From the NCBI GenBank assembly GCA_945863035.1, contig CAMAZH010000006.1, forward strand, positions 2,264-66,263: a stretch of 64,000 nucleotides of DNA, read 5' to 3'. Each line of letters starts with the position of its first letter. The stretch's first letter is position 1. The position numbers and the translations under genes are program-made. The notes beneath the pieces were generated by a model. The model searched no databases. It had not been told where the DNA came from and saw only the letters and a list, made by a program, of their open reading frames with translations. This DNA comes from Chitinophaga pinensis. Its GTDB lineage: Bacteria > Bacteroidota > Bacteroidia > Bacteroidales > GCA-2748055. Shown here piece by piece: positions 9,701-19,563 of the stretch.

Positions 9701-12306
9701 CCGACAAGGAAAAATACAATGTTGGCGAAACAGCAACAATCAGCATCCCCTCCGGTCCCTCGGGCCGGATTCTTCTGAGTATTGAGAACGGCACAAAAGT
9801 ATTGGATCACTACTGGATTAAGGCTAGTGGAAAAGACGCTACTTTCAGCTTACCTATTACAGCCGGCATGGCACCCAATGTATATGTGAACGTAAGTCTG
9901 ATTCAGGCTCACGGACAAACACAGAACGATTTGCCCATCAGGATGTATGGCGTTATCCCCATTTTTGTGGAAAACCCGGAGACCCATCTGGAACCCGAAA
10001 TAAGCATGCCCGATGTTTTACGCCCCGAAACCGAGGTGGAGATCAGCATCAGCGAAAAGAACAGCTTGGCAATGACTTACACCATTGCAATGGTGGATGA
10101 GGGACTGCTCGACCTGACCCGCTTCAAAACTCCGGACCCCTGGCAAAACTTCTACGCACGGGAAGCCCTGGGTGTCAAAACCTTTGATATTTACGACTGG
10201 GTACTGGGGGCTTACGGGGGCCGGATAGACGGCGTTTTCAGCATTGGAGGGGATGAGGAGGGCGAAGGCAAAAGCCAGGCAAAAGCCAACCGCTTCCAAC
10301 CTATGGTCAGAGCCTTTGGACCCTTTTCACTGGAGAAAGGAAAGAGCAATGTTCATAAGATAAAAATCCCTAATTACGTGGGCTCTGTAAAAACCATGGT
10401 GGTCGCCGGCAATTCCGGTGCCTACGGGAAGGCGGAAAAAACATGCCCCGTTAGGAAACCCCTGATGATCCTGTCGACCCTTCCAAGGGTTTTGAGTCCC
10501 GGAGAAACAGTTAGCATCCCCGTTACCGTTTTCGCCATGGAGGAACAGGTTAAAAAGGTAAGCGTAAAAATTGAAGCCAATGAGTTTTTTGAGATTGATG
10601 ATACCGAAAAGACAATAGAGTTTACAAGCCCTGGCGATATAACAGTGGATTTCACCGCCAGGGTAAAATCAAAAATTGGAATCGGTCGGGTAAAGATTTT
10701 TGCAAAATCGGGAAAAGAAGAAGCCAGAGATGAGGTAGAGCTTGATGTTCGATCGCCCAATCCCGAGATAACCGCACAATATTACGGCGTCTTAAACCCC
10801 GGTGAAACCTGGGAAAAACAGTACGATTTGCCCGGAATTACAGGGACCAACAGGGCCAATCTTGAGATTTCCTCATTGCCTCCTGTCGATTTTGGCCGAA
10901 GGCTGAAATACCTCCTCAGCTACCCGTATGGCTGCATGGAGCAGGTAACCTCTGCAGCTTTCCCACAGCTCTATCTCTCGGATGTGATGGAAACCGACGC
11001 AGCTGTAAAAGAATTTACCGATAAAAACCTGAAGGCGGCCATACAAAAGCTGCAAACCTTCCAGCTTTCTGACGGAGGACTGGGTTTGTGGCCCAGCTCA
11101 ACCTCCGCGAATGACTGGGGAACAAGCTATGCCGGGCATTTCATGATCGAAGCACAGAAAAAAGGGTATACCGTCCCAAAGGAATGGCTGAAAAAATGGA
11201 TCAGCTACCAGAAAAAGACCGCCCGTTCCTGGACCGGAAACCGATACGAAAATATTTGGGAGCAAAAATCCATGGAACTCAGTCAAACCTATCGCCTTTA
11301 CAGTCTGGCTTTGGCTGGCGAACCTGAATTGGGCGCAATGAACCGCCTCCGCGAAAAGACGACCCTCGACGTTTCAGCAAGATGGCAGCTTGCAGCAACC
11401 TACGCACTTGCCGGTCAGCAGCAGACTGCCTTAGCTCTGGTAAAAGACCTGACCACGGAAATCCCGGTGTATTCCGACACCTACTACACCTATGGCTCAG
11501 AGCTCAGGGACAAAGGTTTTATTTTGCAGACTCTGACGCTTCTCAATAAAAAAGAGGAGGCTGTACCAATTATGCAGTACATTTCCGAAAAGCTCAGCAG
11601 CGAAGGATGGTATAGTACTCAGACTACCGCAGTATGCCTGATGGCTGTTTCGCAATACGCCGGTTCTGGAAACACATCGAAAGACCTGAGTTATGACTTC
11701 AGTTTGGACGGGGGAGAAACAAAGCATGCCGCAACCAACAGTTCCTACTCGCAAATCCCTGTTAAATATTCCAGTCAGGAAACGGGCAATGTTTACGTGA
11801 AAAACAAAGGCAAGGGAATTATGTTTGTAAGGCTTTCGGTACATGGCACTCCGGCTGCGGGGGAAGAAAAGAGTCTCTCGCAAAACCTCAGAATCCGGGT
11901 TGATTACATGGATCTGAGCGGGAATACCATCGACATCCGGAGGCTTGAGCAGGGAACCGATTTTATTGCCGAAATGACGGTTTACAATCCCGGAACACTC
12001 GATTATTACCAAAACCTTGCTCTTACTCAGATCTTCCCATCAGGTTGGGAGATACAGAACCAAAGGCTTTTTGTGAGTAATTCGGGTAACTTCAGCACGC
12101 CGGAATATCAGGATATACGCGACGACCGGGTATACACTTTCTTCGACCTCTCCCGGAACAGCAGCAAAAAATTTGCCGTAAAGCTAAATGCTGCCTACAA
12201 AGGGCGGTTTTATCTTCCGGGCATTCTCTGCGAAGAAATGTACCGCGGCGATGTCAGAGCCATTGAAGCCGGGTATTGGGTAGAGGTATTGGAAAGAACA
12301 AAATAG
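6712..12306 (+). CDS. bacterial alpha-2-macroglobulin family lipoprotein (YfhM-like) with intact thioester motif
   Basis: 1864 aa. Lipobox LILVSC. Thioester CxEQ motif PYGCMEQ, with codons at 10933-10944. Followed 40 nt later by pbpC. Confidence 0.9.
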   Translation: MKSPLSVSLKGIVLFAATVLILVSCSSRKDKTQSTAPSYNPEIAAFTSGVIPSESVIRVRLSADYQGEINMQEPVSAKLFDFKPSVAGETFWIDSRTLEFRPEKSFPSGKEYKVLFRVTKLFPGKKGAQDFEFPISIIPMEISVEFTGLRTQSRTDLVWNEIRGVVKTTDNAKGEEIEKTIIASQNGQQLSVSWLHDSKGVLHEFVIDSVMRTEKKEFVELSWDGKSLGVKDKGSITYEIPSLTEFTLLETKINQQPEQYIQLSFSDPIKTDQYLNGLISLGNSVNLRFTVEDNLIRVYPEIRQSGTLQLIVEPGIKNILGFGFLENLEVTLNFEELKPAVRLIGQGVIMPQSEGLTFPFEAVNLKAVEVKVVRIFEDNVAQFLQINDLGGQSELRRTGRLIAKKTIILSSTRPINYGEWNAFAIDLSALIQAEPGAIYRVELGFQKKHSLYSCGEDEAETNEYLTETAPDDNTVSENDLEYWDAKYGYYGYDYDDYDYDYDWDERDNPCSQSYFGKRRNASRNVLASNLGIIAKTGNDKSMVFAVTDLVSTEPLSGVSLEIYNFQQQLISTLVTDKDGFAEISIPDHPFLLIAKKGSQRGYLKLYEGASLSLSQFDVSGNAVNKGIKGFIYGERGVWRPGDSLYLNFILEDKEKVLPENHPVSFELFDSRGKIYKKASLTAGLNGFYSFKTSTDPDAPTGNWRLEVKVGGLSFSSRIRIETVKPNRLKIKMEFPQEMLYADPTKNKANLQVNWLHGAPASNLEARVSVNFSVMETKFKGYEEYYFNDPTKEFSPGEREIFNSKLNEKGAASFTPEFFVKGTSPGMLRATFTSRCFEKGGDFSIDQFSIPFSPYNYYVGVKAPSGERHQMLLTDTLQTFEIISLDESGKPVDLKGLEINVYKLDWRWWWHSSGENLASYAASSYNKPVFRKTVDTKGGKANFGFSIAYPDWGRFLVRVNDPKGLHSSGKILYFDWPGWVSRGSRKDPQSASILSLSADKEKYNVGETATISIPSGPSGRILLSIENGTKVLDHYWIKASGKDATFSLPITAGMAPNVYVNVSLIQAHGQTQNDLPIRMYGVIPIFVENPETHLEPEISMPDVLRPETEVEISISEKNSLAMTYTIAMVDEGLLDLTRFKTPDPWQNFYAREALGVKTFDIYDWVLGAYGGRIDGVFSIGGDEEGEGKSQAKANRFQPMVRAFGPFSLEKGKSNVHKIKIPNYVGSVKTMVVAGNSGAYGKAEKTCPVRKPLMILSTLPRVLSPGETVSIPVTVFAMEEQVKKVSVKIEANEFFEIDDTEKTIEFTSPGDITVDFTARVKSKIGIGRVKIFAKSGKEEARDEVELDVRSPNPEITAQYYGVLNPGETWEKQYDLPGITGTNRANLEISSLPPVDFGRRLKYLLSYPYGCMEQVTSAAFPQLYLSDVMETDAAVKEFTDKNLKAAIQKLQTFQLSDGGLGLWPSSTSANDWGTSYAGHFMIEAQKKGYTVPKEWLKKWISYQKKTARSWTGNRYENIWEQKSMELSQTYRLYSLALAGEPELGAMNRLREKTTLDVSARWQLAATYALAGQQQTALALVKDLTTEIPVYSDTYYTYGSELRDKGFILQTLTLLNKKEEAVPIMQYISEKLSSEGWYSTQTTAVCLMAVSQYAGSGNTSKDLSYDFSLDGGETKHAATNSSYSQIPVKYSSQETGNVYVKNKGKGIMFVRLSVHGTPAAGEEKSLSQNLRIRVDYMDLSGNTIDIRRLEQGTDFIAEMTVYNPGTLDYYQNLALTQIFPSGWEIQNQRLFVSNSGNFSTPEYQDIRDDRVYTFFDLSRNSSKKFAVKLNAAYKGRFYLPGILCEEMYRGDVRAIEAGYWVEVLERTK

Positions 12307-12346
12307 AAACCTTTGGCAGGGCCATCGCATTAAACAATTCCCGGGA

Positions 12347-14749
12347 ATGTTGGACGCAGAACAAAAATCGAAACATAAGCCAAATTTGAAGTTCTGGTGC
12401 TATTCCCTTTTGTTGGTTTTTTTAGGAATGGCCTATTGGTTCTGCCTTCCCCGGCTACTGTTTTCTGATCCTTACAGCACCGTTATAACCGACAAAAACA
12501 ACGAGTTGCTGGGCGCACGGATAGCCAATGACGGACAATGGAGGTTTCCGGCCGGCGACAGTATCCCCCGGAAATATACAAAAGCGGTTTTGCTTTATGA
12601 GGACAGGTTTTTTTTAAGTCATCCGGGAATCAACCCGGTTTCGCTCTTCAGGGCAATGGAGATAAATATCCGGGCAGGAAAAATTGTCAGTGGGGGGAGC
12701 ACAATCAGTATGCAGGTAATAAGGCTTTCACGAAAAGGAAAGCCCAGAACGGTTTACCAGAAAATCGTTGAAATGCTGCTGGCAGTAAGAATGGAAATAT
12801 CATACAGCAAAGAGGAAATTCTTATGCTTTACTCCTCTCATGCCCCTTTCGGGGGAAATGTAGTGGGAATCGAAGCTGCCTCGTGGAGGTATTTTGGAAG
12901 AAACCCCGAAAATCTGTCCTGGTCGGAAGCTGCCGTTCTGGCGGTGTTACCCAACTCCCCCTCGCTCATTCACCCAGGCCGAAACCGAAACTCGCTAAAG
13001 CGAAAAAGGGACATGCTTCTAGGAAAACTTTTTGCTGAAAAGGAAATCGATAGTCTAAGTTATGTTCTGGCTTTGGAAGAAGCTTTACCAGAAAACCCTT
13101 ATCCTCTACCCCGCCTTGCACCTCATCTGCTGGACCGCTTCTATCATCAAAGCCAGGGAGAACGTATCCGAACTAGTCTCAACAAGCGTCTGCAAAACAA
13201 GGTGGAAGAATTGATGGATCAGCAGAGAGAAAGGCTTTATGCCAATGAGATACACAATGCAGCATGCCTTATCGTGGATGTTAAAAACAATGATGTTCTT
13301 GCCTACTATGGAAACCTGCGGAACGAAGAGCACAAGGAATACGGCGGGGATGTGGATGTGGTTCATTCCCCGCGCAGCTCGGGAAGCATTTTGAAGCCCA
13401 TATTGTTCGCCGGGATGCTCAACCGCGGTGACATCCTGCCCGGGACCCTGATCGCCGATATTCCGACCTATTACGGCAATTTTAGCCCCAAAAACAATAA
13501 CAGGGGATATGACGGTGTCGTTCCGGCCCGAATGGCGCTGAGCAGGTCCCTGAACATACCCGCAGCACGCATGCTCTATCAATATGGGGTCGATCGGTTC
13601 TACCACGATCTTAAACAATTAGGATTCACTACCTTGACATACCCATCGGAGCATTATGGTTTAAGTCTTATACTCGGTGGGGCCGAGGCACGCTTGTGGG
13701 ATCTGGCAGGAGTGTATTCAGGCTTCGCCAGGATTTTGAACCACTTCAACGAAACAAGCGGAAAGTACTTTAAGAACGATCTGCAAATGCCATCTCTGAT
13801 AAAACAGTCAGATAATCCTTCAGCTGCAGAGCCCGAGCAGGAACAGGGCGTTATCGGGGCAGGAGCTGTATACCTTACCCTTATGGCCCTCACAAATGTT
13901 AATCGTCCGGAAGACGAGAGCGGCTGGGAGAATTTCACATCCACCCGCAAGCTCGCCTGGAAAACAGGAACAAGCTTTGGTTTCAGGGACGGCTGGGCTA
14001 TCGGCGTAACTCCGGAATTTGTGGTTGCGGTTTGGACGGGCAACGCCAATGGGGAAGGTAGACCCGGACTGACAGGCATACACAGTGCGGCACCGATTCT
14101 TTTCGAGTTGTTTAATTTGCTCCCGCAAACCAGCTGGTTTGATGTTCCCTATGACGATCTGGAATCAGTAAAAGTTTGCTCTAAAAGTGGGCACTTGGCC
14201 GGACCTGAATGCCTGGAGACCGATTCAGTCCGGGTACCTTTGGCAGGACTGCAGACCCCTGTTTGTCCCTATCACCATCTGATCCATTTGGATAAGGAGA
14301 AAAAACAAAGGGTAAGCAGCGAATGCTATCCTGTGAACAATATGGTTCACGAGCAATGGTTTATTCTACCCCCTGCCCAGGAATGGTATTACCGGCAGAA
14401 AAACGCTTCATATAAGGAATTACCGCCATTCCGACCTGGCTGTGCCGACACCGACAAAATCTCCCAGATGCAAATGGTTTATCCCGAGGCCGGAACCATG
14501 GTATATGTTCCCCACGAACTTGGCGGAGAAAGGGGCCGTTTGATTTGCAGCGCGATCCATCGAAAACCGGGCGTCGAAATCTTCTGGCACCTCGATGAGG
14601 AATATCTGGGAGCCACCAGGGACATGCATCAGATGGCGATACTCCCTCAAAGGGGAAGGCATGTCCTAAGCCTTGTTGACAGCGATGGGGAAAGGATCAG
14701 TGTTCCCTTCGAAGCACTTGATAAAAATAGTAGCCGGAATGTTAAATAA
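12347..14749 (+). CDS. pbpC: penicillin-binding protein 1C (transglycosylase/transpeptidase)
   Basis: 800 aa. GT51 motifs EDRFF and GGSTISMQ, transpeptidase SGSILKP (SxxK) and KTGTS. PbpC-type C-terminal extension. Confidence 0.9.
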   Translation: MLDAEQKSKHKPNLKFWCYSLLLVFLGMAYWFCLPRLLFSDPYSTVITDKNNELLGARIANDGQWRFPAGDSIPRKYTKAVLLYEDRFFLSHPGINPVSLFRAMEINIRAGKIVSGGSTISMQVIRLSRKGKPRTVYQKIVEMLLAVRMEISYSKEEILMLYSSHAPFGGNVVGIEAASWRYFGRNPENLSWSEAAVLAVLPNSPSLIHPGRNRNSLKRKRDMLLGKLFAEKEIDSLSYVLALEEALPENPYPLPRLAPHLLDRFYHQSQGERIRTSLNKRLQNKVEELMDQQRERLYANEIHNAACLIVDVKNNDVLAYYGNLRNEEHKEYGGDVDVVHSPRSSGSILKPILFAGMLNRGDILPGTLIADIPTYYGNFSPKNNNRGYDGVVPARMALSRSLNIPAARMLYQYGVDRFYHDLKQLGFTTLTYPSEHYGLSLILGGAEARLWDLAGVYSGFARILNHFNETSGKYFKNDLQMPSLIKQSDNPSAAEPEQEQGVIGAGAVYLTLMALTNVNRPEDESGWENFTSTRKLAWKTGTSFGFRDGWAIGVTPEFVVAVWTGNANGEGRPGLTGIHSAAPILFELFNLLPQTSWFDVPYDDLESVKVCSKSGHLAGPECLETDSVRVPLAGLQTPVCPYHHLIHLDKEKKQRVSSECYPVNNMVHEQWFILPPAQEWYYRQKNASYKELPPFRPGCADTDKISQMQMVYPEAGTMVYVPHELGGERGRLICSAIHRKPGVEIFWHLDEEYLGATRDMHQMAILPQRGRHVLSLVDSDGERISVPFEALDKNSSRNVK

Positions 14750-14783
14750 ACATAAAATGCTAAGCAATAGATGGTTTTTGGTT

Positions 14784-14791
14784 TATCTTTG
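14784..14791 (+). promoter_or_regulatory. -7 promoter box TATCTTTG
   Basis: Exact TAnnTTTG 88 nt upstream of the S41 peptidase ATG. Confidence 0.35.
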
Positions 14792-14878
14792 AAAAAATGC
14801 TTGTAGCAAAAACCCGCACTTTTGGGGCATCTTTAACGTTAAGATGTGGAACGGGAATCAGATAATAATCAAGTGTAA

Positions 14879-16567
14879 ATGAAAAGAAAAATGAATAAAT
14901 TAAGAGTATTTGCAGGAGTTCTGTTAATCGGGGTACTAACGCTCGGGTTTTCTGCAAGAAACAGTGATTTTGAACTTGTCAAGAGTCTTGATATTTTTTA
15001 TACCCTTTTCAGGGAGCTCAACCTTTATTATGTCGACGAAACCGAACCCGAGAAGCTTATTGAAACCGGCATAAACTCCATGCTTACTTCACTTGACCCC
15101 TATACCACATTTATCCCCGAATCGGAGATGGACGATTTCAATTTTATGACTACTGGGGAATACGGTGGGATCGGTTCGCTTATTCGTGCCGGCGAAAGTT
15201 ACGCCATCATTGCCGAGCCCTATGAGGGATCACCTTCGGCAAAGGCAGGCCTGATGGCCGGAGACGAGATCATATCGGTTGACGGCTTTGTTACCAAAGG
15301 TAAACCGCTTTCAGAAGTGAGCGAAAAGCTTAAGGGAGTACCGGGAACCGACCTGACACTTGTTATTCAGCGTCCCGGGGAAAAGGAAAACCGGAAGATA
15401 AAAATCGTAAGGGAACAGATCCATATCAGCAATGTTTCATACTACGGCCTGATTTCCGGGAAAATCGGTTATATCCGCCTCTCTAATTTCACACTCGATG
15501 CCGGAGCAGAGGTAAAAGCTGCCTTCCTCGAATTAAAAAACAACCATGATATCGAACAACTAGTGCTTGACTTGCGCGGAAACCCCGGCGGATTGCTGAT
15601 TGAAGCGGTAAGAGTCTGCAATCTGTTTGTTCCAAAGGGACAGTTGATCGTAAGCACCAAAGGCAAGGTAAGCCAGTGGGATCAGGAGTATTTTACAACG
15701 GCCGAACCTGTAGACACAAATATTCCCATGATCGTGCTTGTGAACCGGGGCTCGGCTTCTGCTGCTGAGATTGTTGCCGGAGCCCTTCAGGATGTCGACC
15801 GCGCAGTTATCATGGGGCAGAGAACCTATGGAAAAGGACTGGTGCAAACCACAAGAAAACTCAAATACAACACCCAGCTGAAAGTTACCACTGCAAAGTA
15901 TTACATTCCCAGCGGACGGTGTATTCAGGCTCTGGATTATACCCACAGAAACGCTGACGGAAGTGTGGGTTATGTTCCCGACTCCTTGATTTCCAAATTC
16001 AAGACCAAAGGAGGAAGGGTTGTATTTGACGGGGGAGGCGTGAATCCCGACATAATCGATTCAGTGCTGGTTTACAACCAGCTAAGCATGTATTTGTATG
16101 CCCAAAATATGATCTTCGATTACGCAACCGATTATCTGGTGCGGAATAAGGAAAAACCTGAAATGAAAAGCTTCAGGATCGGGGATTCGGAATATAAACG
16201 ATTCAAGGAATTTGTTAAGAGCAAAGGATTCGAGTACGAGACACAAAGCGAAAGCGACTTGAAAAAGCTTATTGCAACCGCCAAAGATGAAAAATACTTC
16301 GATCTGGCATCCGAAGAATTTGCTGTCCTGGAAAAGAAACTGGCCCATGACGATGACCGCGACTTGGATAATTTCAGGTCGGAAATTGAAGAGCTTATCA
16401 ATGAAGAAGTTATAAGCCGGTATTACTACCAGAAAGGACGAATCGGGTTATCAATAGAAACGGACACCCAAATTATCCGGGCTGCCGAGATTTTAGGAGA
16501 CCCTGGAGAAGTAGAGAAAATTTTAGCCCGGGATTCAGAGGTGGAAACGAAGAATCACACCATTTAA
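14879..16567 (+). CDS. S41 family carboxy-terminal processing peptidase with PDZ domain
   Basis: 562 aa. PDZ region (GLMAGDEIISVDG), catalytic-Ser region NRGSASAAEI, and YGKGLVQ. Confidence 0.9.
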   Translation: MKRKMNKLRVFAGVLLIGVLTLGFSARNSDFELVKSLDIFYTLFRELNLYYVDETEPEKLIETGINSMLTSLDPYTTFIPESEMDDFNFMTTGEYGGIGSLIRAGESYAIIAEPYEGSPSAKAGLMAGDEIISVDGFVTKGKPLSEVSEKLKGVPGTDLTLVIQRPGEKENRKIKIVREQIHISNVSYYGLISGKIGYIRLSNFTLDAGAEVKAAFLELKNNHDIEQLVLDLRGNPGGLLIEAVRVCNLFVPKGQLIVSTKGKVSQWDQEYFTTAEPVDTNIPMIVLVNRGSASAAEIVAGALQDVDRAVIMGQRTYGKGLVQTTRKLKYNTQLKVTTAKYYIPSGRCIQALDYTHRNADGSVGYVPDSLISKFKTKGGRVVFDGGGVNPDIIDSVLVYNQLSMYLYAQNMIFDYATDYLVRNKEKPEMKSFRIGDSEYKRFKEFVKSKGFEYETQSESDLKKLIATAKDEKYFDLASEEFAVLEKKLAHDDDRDLDNFRSEIEELINEEVISRYYYQKGRIGLSIETDTQIIRAAEILGDPGEVEKILARDSEVETKNHTI

Positions 16568-16618
16568 ATAAAAGACTTCAATCTTCAGGTTTAAAATCAA
16601 ATGGCGATACACAAAGGT

Positions 16619-16644
16619 TTGTCTTATATTATTTTATAAGACAA
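16619..16644. terminator. AT-rich perfect 10-bp hairpin between convergent genes
   Basis: TTGTCTTATA-TTATTT-TATAAGACAA lies between the S41 peptidase (+) and polA (-) stops. The stem is weak (AT-rich). Confidence 0.35.
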
Positions 16645-16657
16645 GCAGGTGAAATCA

Positions 16658-19429
16658 TCAATGGGCCTCAAGCCAGTTTTTGCCCGTGCCCATTTCAACC
16701 AGAAGAGGGACGGAGAGTTTAATCGCTCCTTCCATTTCTTCACGGACCAAACCCATCAACACATCCTGCTCAGTTTTTTTCATGTCGAAAACAAGTTCAT
16801 CGTGAACCTGCAAAATCATTTTGGAACCCATTCCGGCCGCTTTGATCTTGTGGTGGATGCTGATCATGGCCATCTTGATAATATCGGCTGCGGAGCCCTG
16901 AATCGGAGCATTAATTGCGTTCCTCTCGGCCATGCCCCTGACAACTGCATTGCGCGACTGGATTTCCGGAAGAAACCGCTTTCTACCCAGCATGGTGGTC
17001 ACAAAACCCGCCTCCCGCGCGACTTTTATGCTCTTATCCATGTATTCTTTTACCCCGGGAAACGTAATGAAGTAATTATCAATAAGATCCTTGGCTTCGG
17101 TTCTGCTAATATTCAAGCGCTGCGACAAGCCAAAAGCCGAAATGCCATAAATGATACCAAAGTTTGCCGTCTTGGCATGGCTTCGCATTTCTCGTGAAAC
17201 ATCTTCCAGCCCAATCTTATATATTTTCGCCGCAGTGGCACTGTGAATGTCCGCACCTTGCATAAAGGCACTGATCATGTTCTCATCCTGGCTGAGATGC
17301 GCCATGAGTCTCAATTCGATCTGGGAATAATCCGCAGAAAGGAAAAGATTATCCGCTTGTTCGGGAATAAACGATTTCCTGATTTCTCTTCCACGCTCTT
17401 CCCGTATCGGGATGTTCTGAAGATTCGGGTTATTGGAGCTTAGTCTCCCCGTGGCAGCAACAGTCTGGTTAAAGGAAGTATGGATCTTACCTGTAATGGG
17501 CACGACGAGTTTAGGGAGAGAATCCACATAGGTAGAAAGAAGTTTCTTCAGAGACCGGTAACTAAGCACCTCGGAAACTATTTCGTGTTTACCGGTGAGC
17601 CTTACAAGTACTTCCTCCCCGGTAGAGTATTGTTGTGTTTTTGTGAGTTTCGCTTCGGGATCGATCTTTAAGCGATCGAACAGAATTTCACCAAGCTGTT
17701 TGGGCGACTGAATATTGAATTCCGTTCCCGCAAGTTTGTAAATTTTTTCCTCGCACAGCAGAATGTCCTTAACCAAATCTACCCGAAAATCAATCAGGGA
17801 AGGAATATCCAACTTTATCCCGTTATGTTCCATTTCCGCAAGAACTTCAATCAGAGGCATTTCTACTTTCCCAGCCAGCTCCTTCAAACCTTCCTTTTCC
17901 AGTTCTTCCCTGAAAATCTCATACAGCTGGTAGGCCAGGTCGGCGTCTTCGGCGGCATAGTCCTTGATTTTTTCAATGGGCACATTTTTCATGTTTCCCT
18001 GATTCTTGCCCTTCTCCCCAATTAATTCCTCTATTTTCACGGGGGAGTAGCGGAGGTACGTTTCCGAGAGAATGTTGAGGTTGTGGCGTTGATCTGGCTG
18101 CAGAAGGTAATGCGCAATCATCGTATCGAAAAATGTCCCGCGAACTTCAATTCCGTATTTTTTGAGCATCCGCGTATCGAACTTGAGATTCTGGCCAACT
18201 TTCAGGATTTTCTCATCCATAAAGACATCCCTGAACCATGAAAGTATCGTCTTTGAGCCTTCATAATCCTGAGGCAGAGGAATATAACAGGCCTCATGCG
18301 CTTTTACGGAAAAAGAAATCCCTACCAGATCGGCCGAAAATATATCAAGATCGGTGGTTTCCGTGTCGAAGGCAAAAGCCCTGGAGTCTTTCAGCTTTGC
18401 AGCCAGCTCCCGATAGGCACTTTCAGAATCGACAAGCAAATAGTCCTTTTTTATCGTGCCGATTGTATCAAGGTTGGACACAACCAAAGGAGCAGTGCTG
18501 AAACCGCTAAACAGATCTCCTTGCTGGGAAGCGGCAGGAGCAGGTTTTGATTCGGGCTTTACAACGCGGGCTAACAAGGTTTTAAATTCCAGCTCCTGAA
18601 ATATTTCTTTAAGTTTATCCGTATCACTTTCACGACTGGTATAAAGATCAGCATTAAAAGTAACCGGGACATCAAGCCTGATTGTAACCAATTCCCGGGA
18701 AAGAAATGCCTGATCCCTGAAATTCTCAAGATTTTCCCGCAGCTTGCCTTTAAATTTGTCAACGTTCAGATAAATGTTATCAAGGCTTCCAAACTCTGAA
18801 ATCATTTTGATGGCTGTCTTCTCTCCCACTCCCGGAACTCCTGGAACATTATCAGAGGAATCTCCCCACAGAGCAAGGATGTCGATAACCTGAAGCGGGT
18901 TTGAAATGCCAAATTTCAGACAAACTTCAGCGGGGCCAAGGATTTCAGAATCGTTCCCCGATTTTCGGGGCTTGAACATACGGATATTTTCGGAAACCAG
19001 TTGTGCATAGTCTTTATCAGGAGTCATCATAAACACCTGAAACCCTTCTTTTTCAGCTTGCTTAGCAAGAGTACCTATTACATCGTCGGCTTCAAATCCT
19101 TGGGCTTGCACGACAGGAATATTATAGGCTTCAATGATTTTTTTTATGGCTGGGATAGCGCTGCGGATGTCTTCGGGAGTTTCCTGGCGATTCGCTTTAT
19201 AGTCTGGAAACATTTCATTGCGAAAGGTTGGACCGGCCGGGTCGAATGCAACGGCAATGTGAGTTGGTTTCTGATTTCTCAGCACATCGTCGAGCGTAAT
19301 GGTAAATCCAAAGGCAGTAGAGGTATTCTGCCCTTTGGAATTTTTCATGGGATTTGAAATAAATGCGTAGTACGACCTGAATATCAAAGCGTAAGCGTCA
19401 AGAAGAAACAGTTTTTTTTCCGTGTCCAT
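16658..19429 (-). CDS. polA: DNA polymerase I
   Basis: 923 aa. 5'-nuclease N-terminus, 3'-5' exonuclease FDTETT, and polymerase motifs DYSQIELR and QVHDELV. Confidence 0.97.
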   Translation of the reverse strand: MDTEKKLFLLDAYALIFRSYYAFISNPMKNSKGQNTSTAFGFTITLDDVLRNQKPTHIAVAFDPAGPTFRNEMFPDYKANRQETPEDIRSAIPAIKKIIEAYNIPVVQAQGFEADDVIGTLAKQAEKEGFQVFMMTPDKDYAQLVSENIRMFKPRKSGNDSEILGPAEVCLKFGISNPLQVIDILALWGDSSDNVPGVPGVGEKTAIKMISEFGSLDNIYLNVDKFKGKLRENLENFRDQAFLSRELVTIRLDVPVTFNADLYTSRESDTDKLKEIFQELEFKTLLARVVKPESKPAPAASQQGDLFSGFSTAPLVVSNLDTIGTIKKDYLLVDSESAYRELAAKLKDSRAFAFDTETTDLDIFSADLVGISFSVKAHEACYIPLPQDYEGSKTILSWFRDVFMDEKILKVGQNLKFDTRMLKKYGIEVRGTFFDTMIAHYLLQPDQRHNLNILSETYLRYSPVKIEELIGEKGKNQGNMKNVPIEKIKDYAAEDADLAYQLYEIFREELEKEGLKELAGKVEMPLIEVLAEMEHNGIKLDIPSLIDFRVDLVKDILLCEEKIYKLAGTEFNIQSPKQLGEILFDRLKIDPEAKLTKTQQYSTGEEVLVRLTGKHEIVSEVLSYRSLKKLLSTYVDSLPKLVVPITGKIHTSFNQTVAATGRLSSNNPNLQNIPIREERGREIRKSFIPEQADNLFLSADYSQIELRLMAHLSQDENMISAFMQGADIHSATAAKIYKIGLEDVSREMRSHAKTANFGIIYGISAFGLSQRLNISRTEAKDLIDNYFITFPGVKEYMDKSIKVAREAGFVTTMLGRKRFLPEIQSRNAVVRGMAERNAINAPIQGSAADIIKMAMISIHHKIKAAGMGSKMILQVHDELVFDMKKTEQDVLMGLVREEMEGAIKLSVPLLVEMGTGKNWLEAH

Positions 19430-19563
19430 TTTCTCTTTTTAGGATTGTGGTTGGGGTAAAGGTACAAAATTGAAAACGCGAAAGGATAAAAATCCAAAAA
19501 TCCACTAAAAAGATTGGTTGTGGTTCGATTTACTTACACCGTTTGAGAAGTAGATAAAATAAA

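Noticed and set aside
16649-17197. Long antisense ORFs inside well-supported genes (16649-17197 in polA, 13106-13618 in pbpC, 11497-12012 in A2M, 49928-50620 in the TonB receptor, 26108-26653 in mnmG, 61531-62073 in the epimerase, 52885-53358 in the permease, 50879-51370 opposite the HMA gene)
   Set aside because: Each lies fully within, and opposite to, a gene with clear family motifs. Their translations are low-complexity or Arg/Ser/Cys-rich, as is typical of shadow frames.
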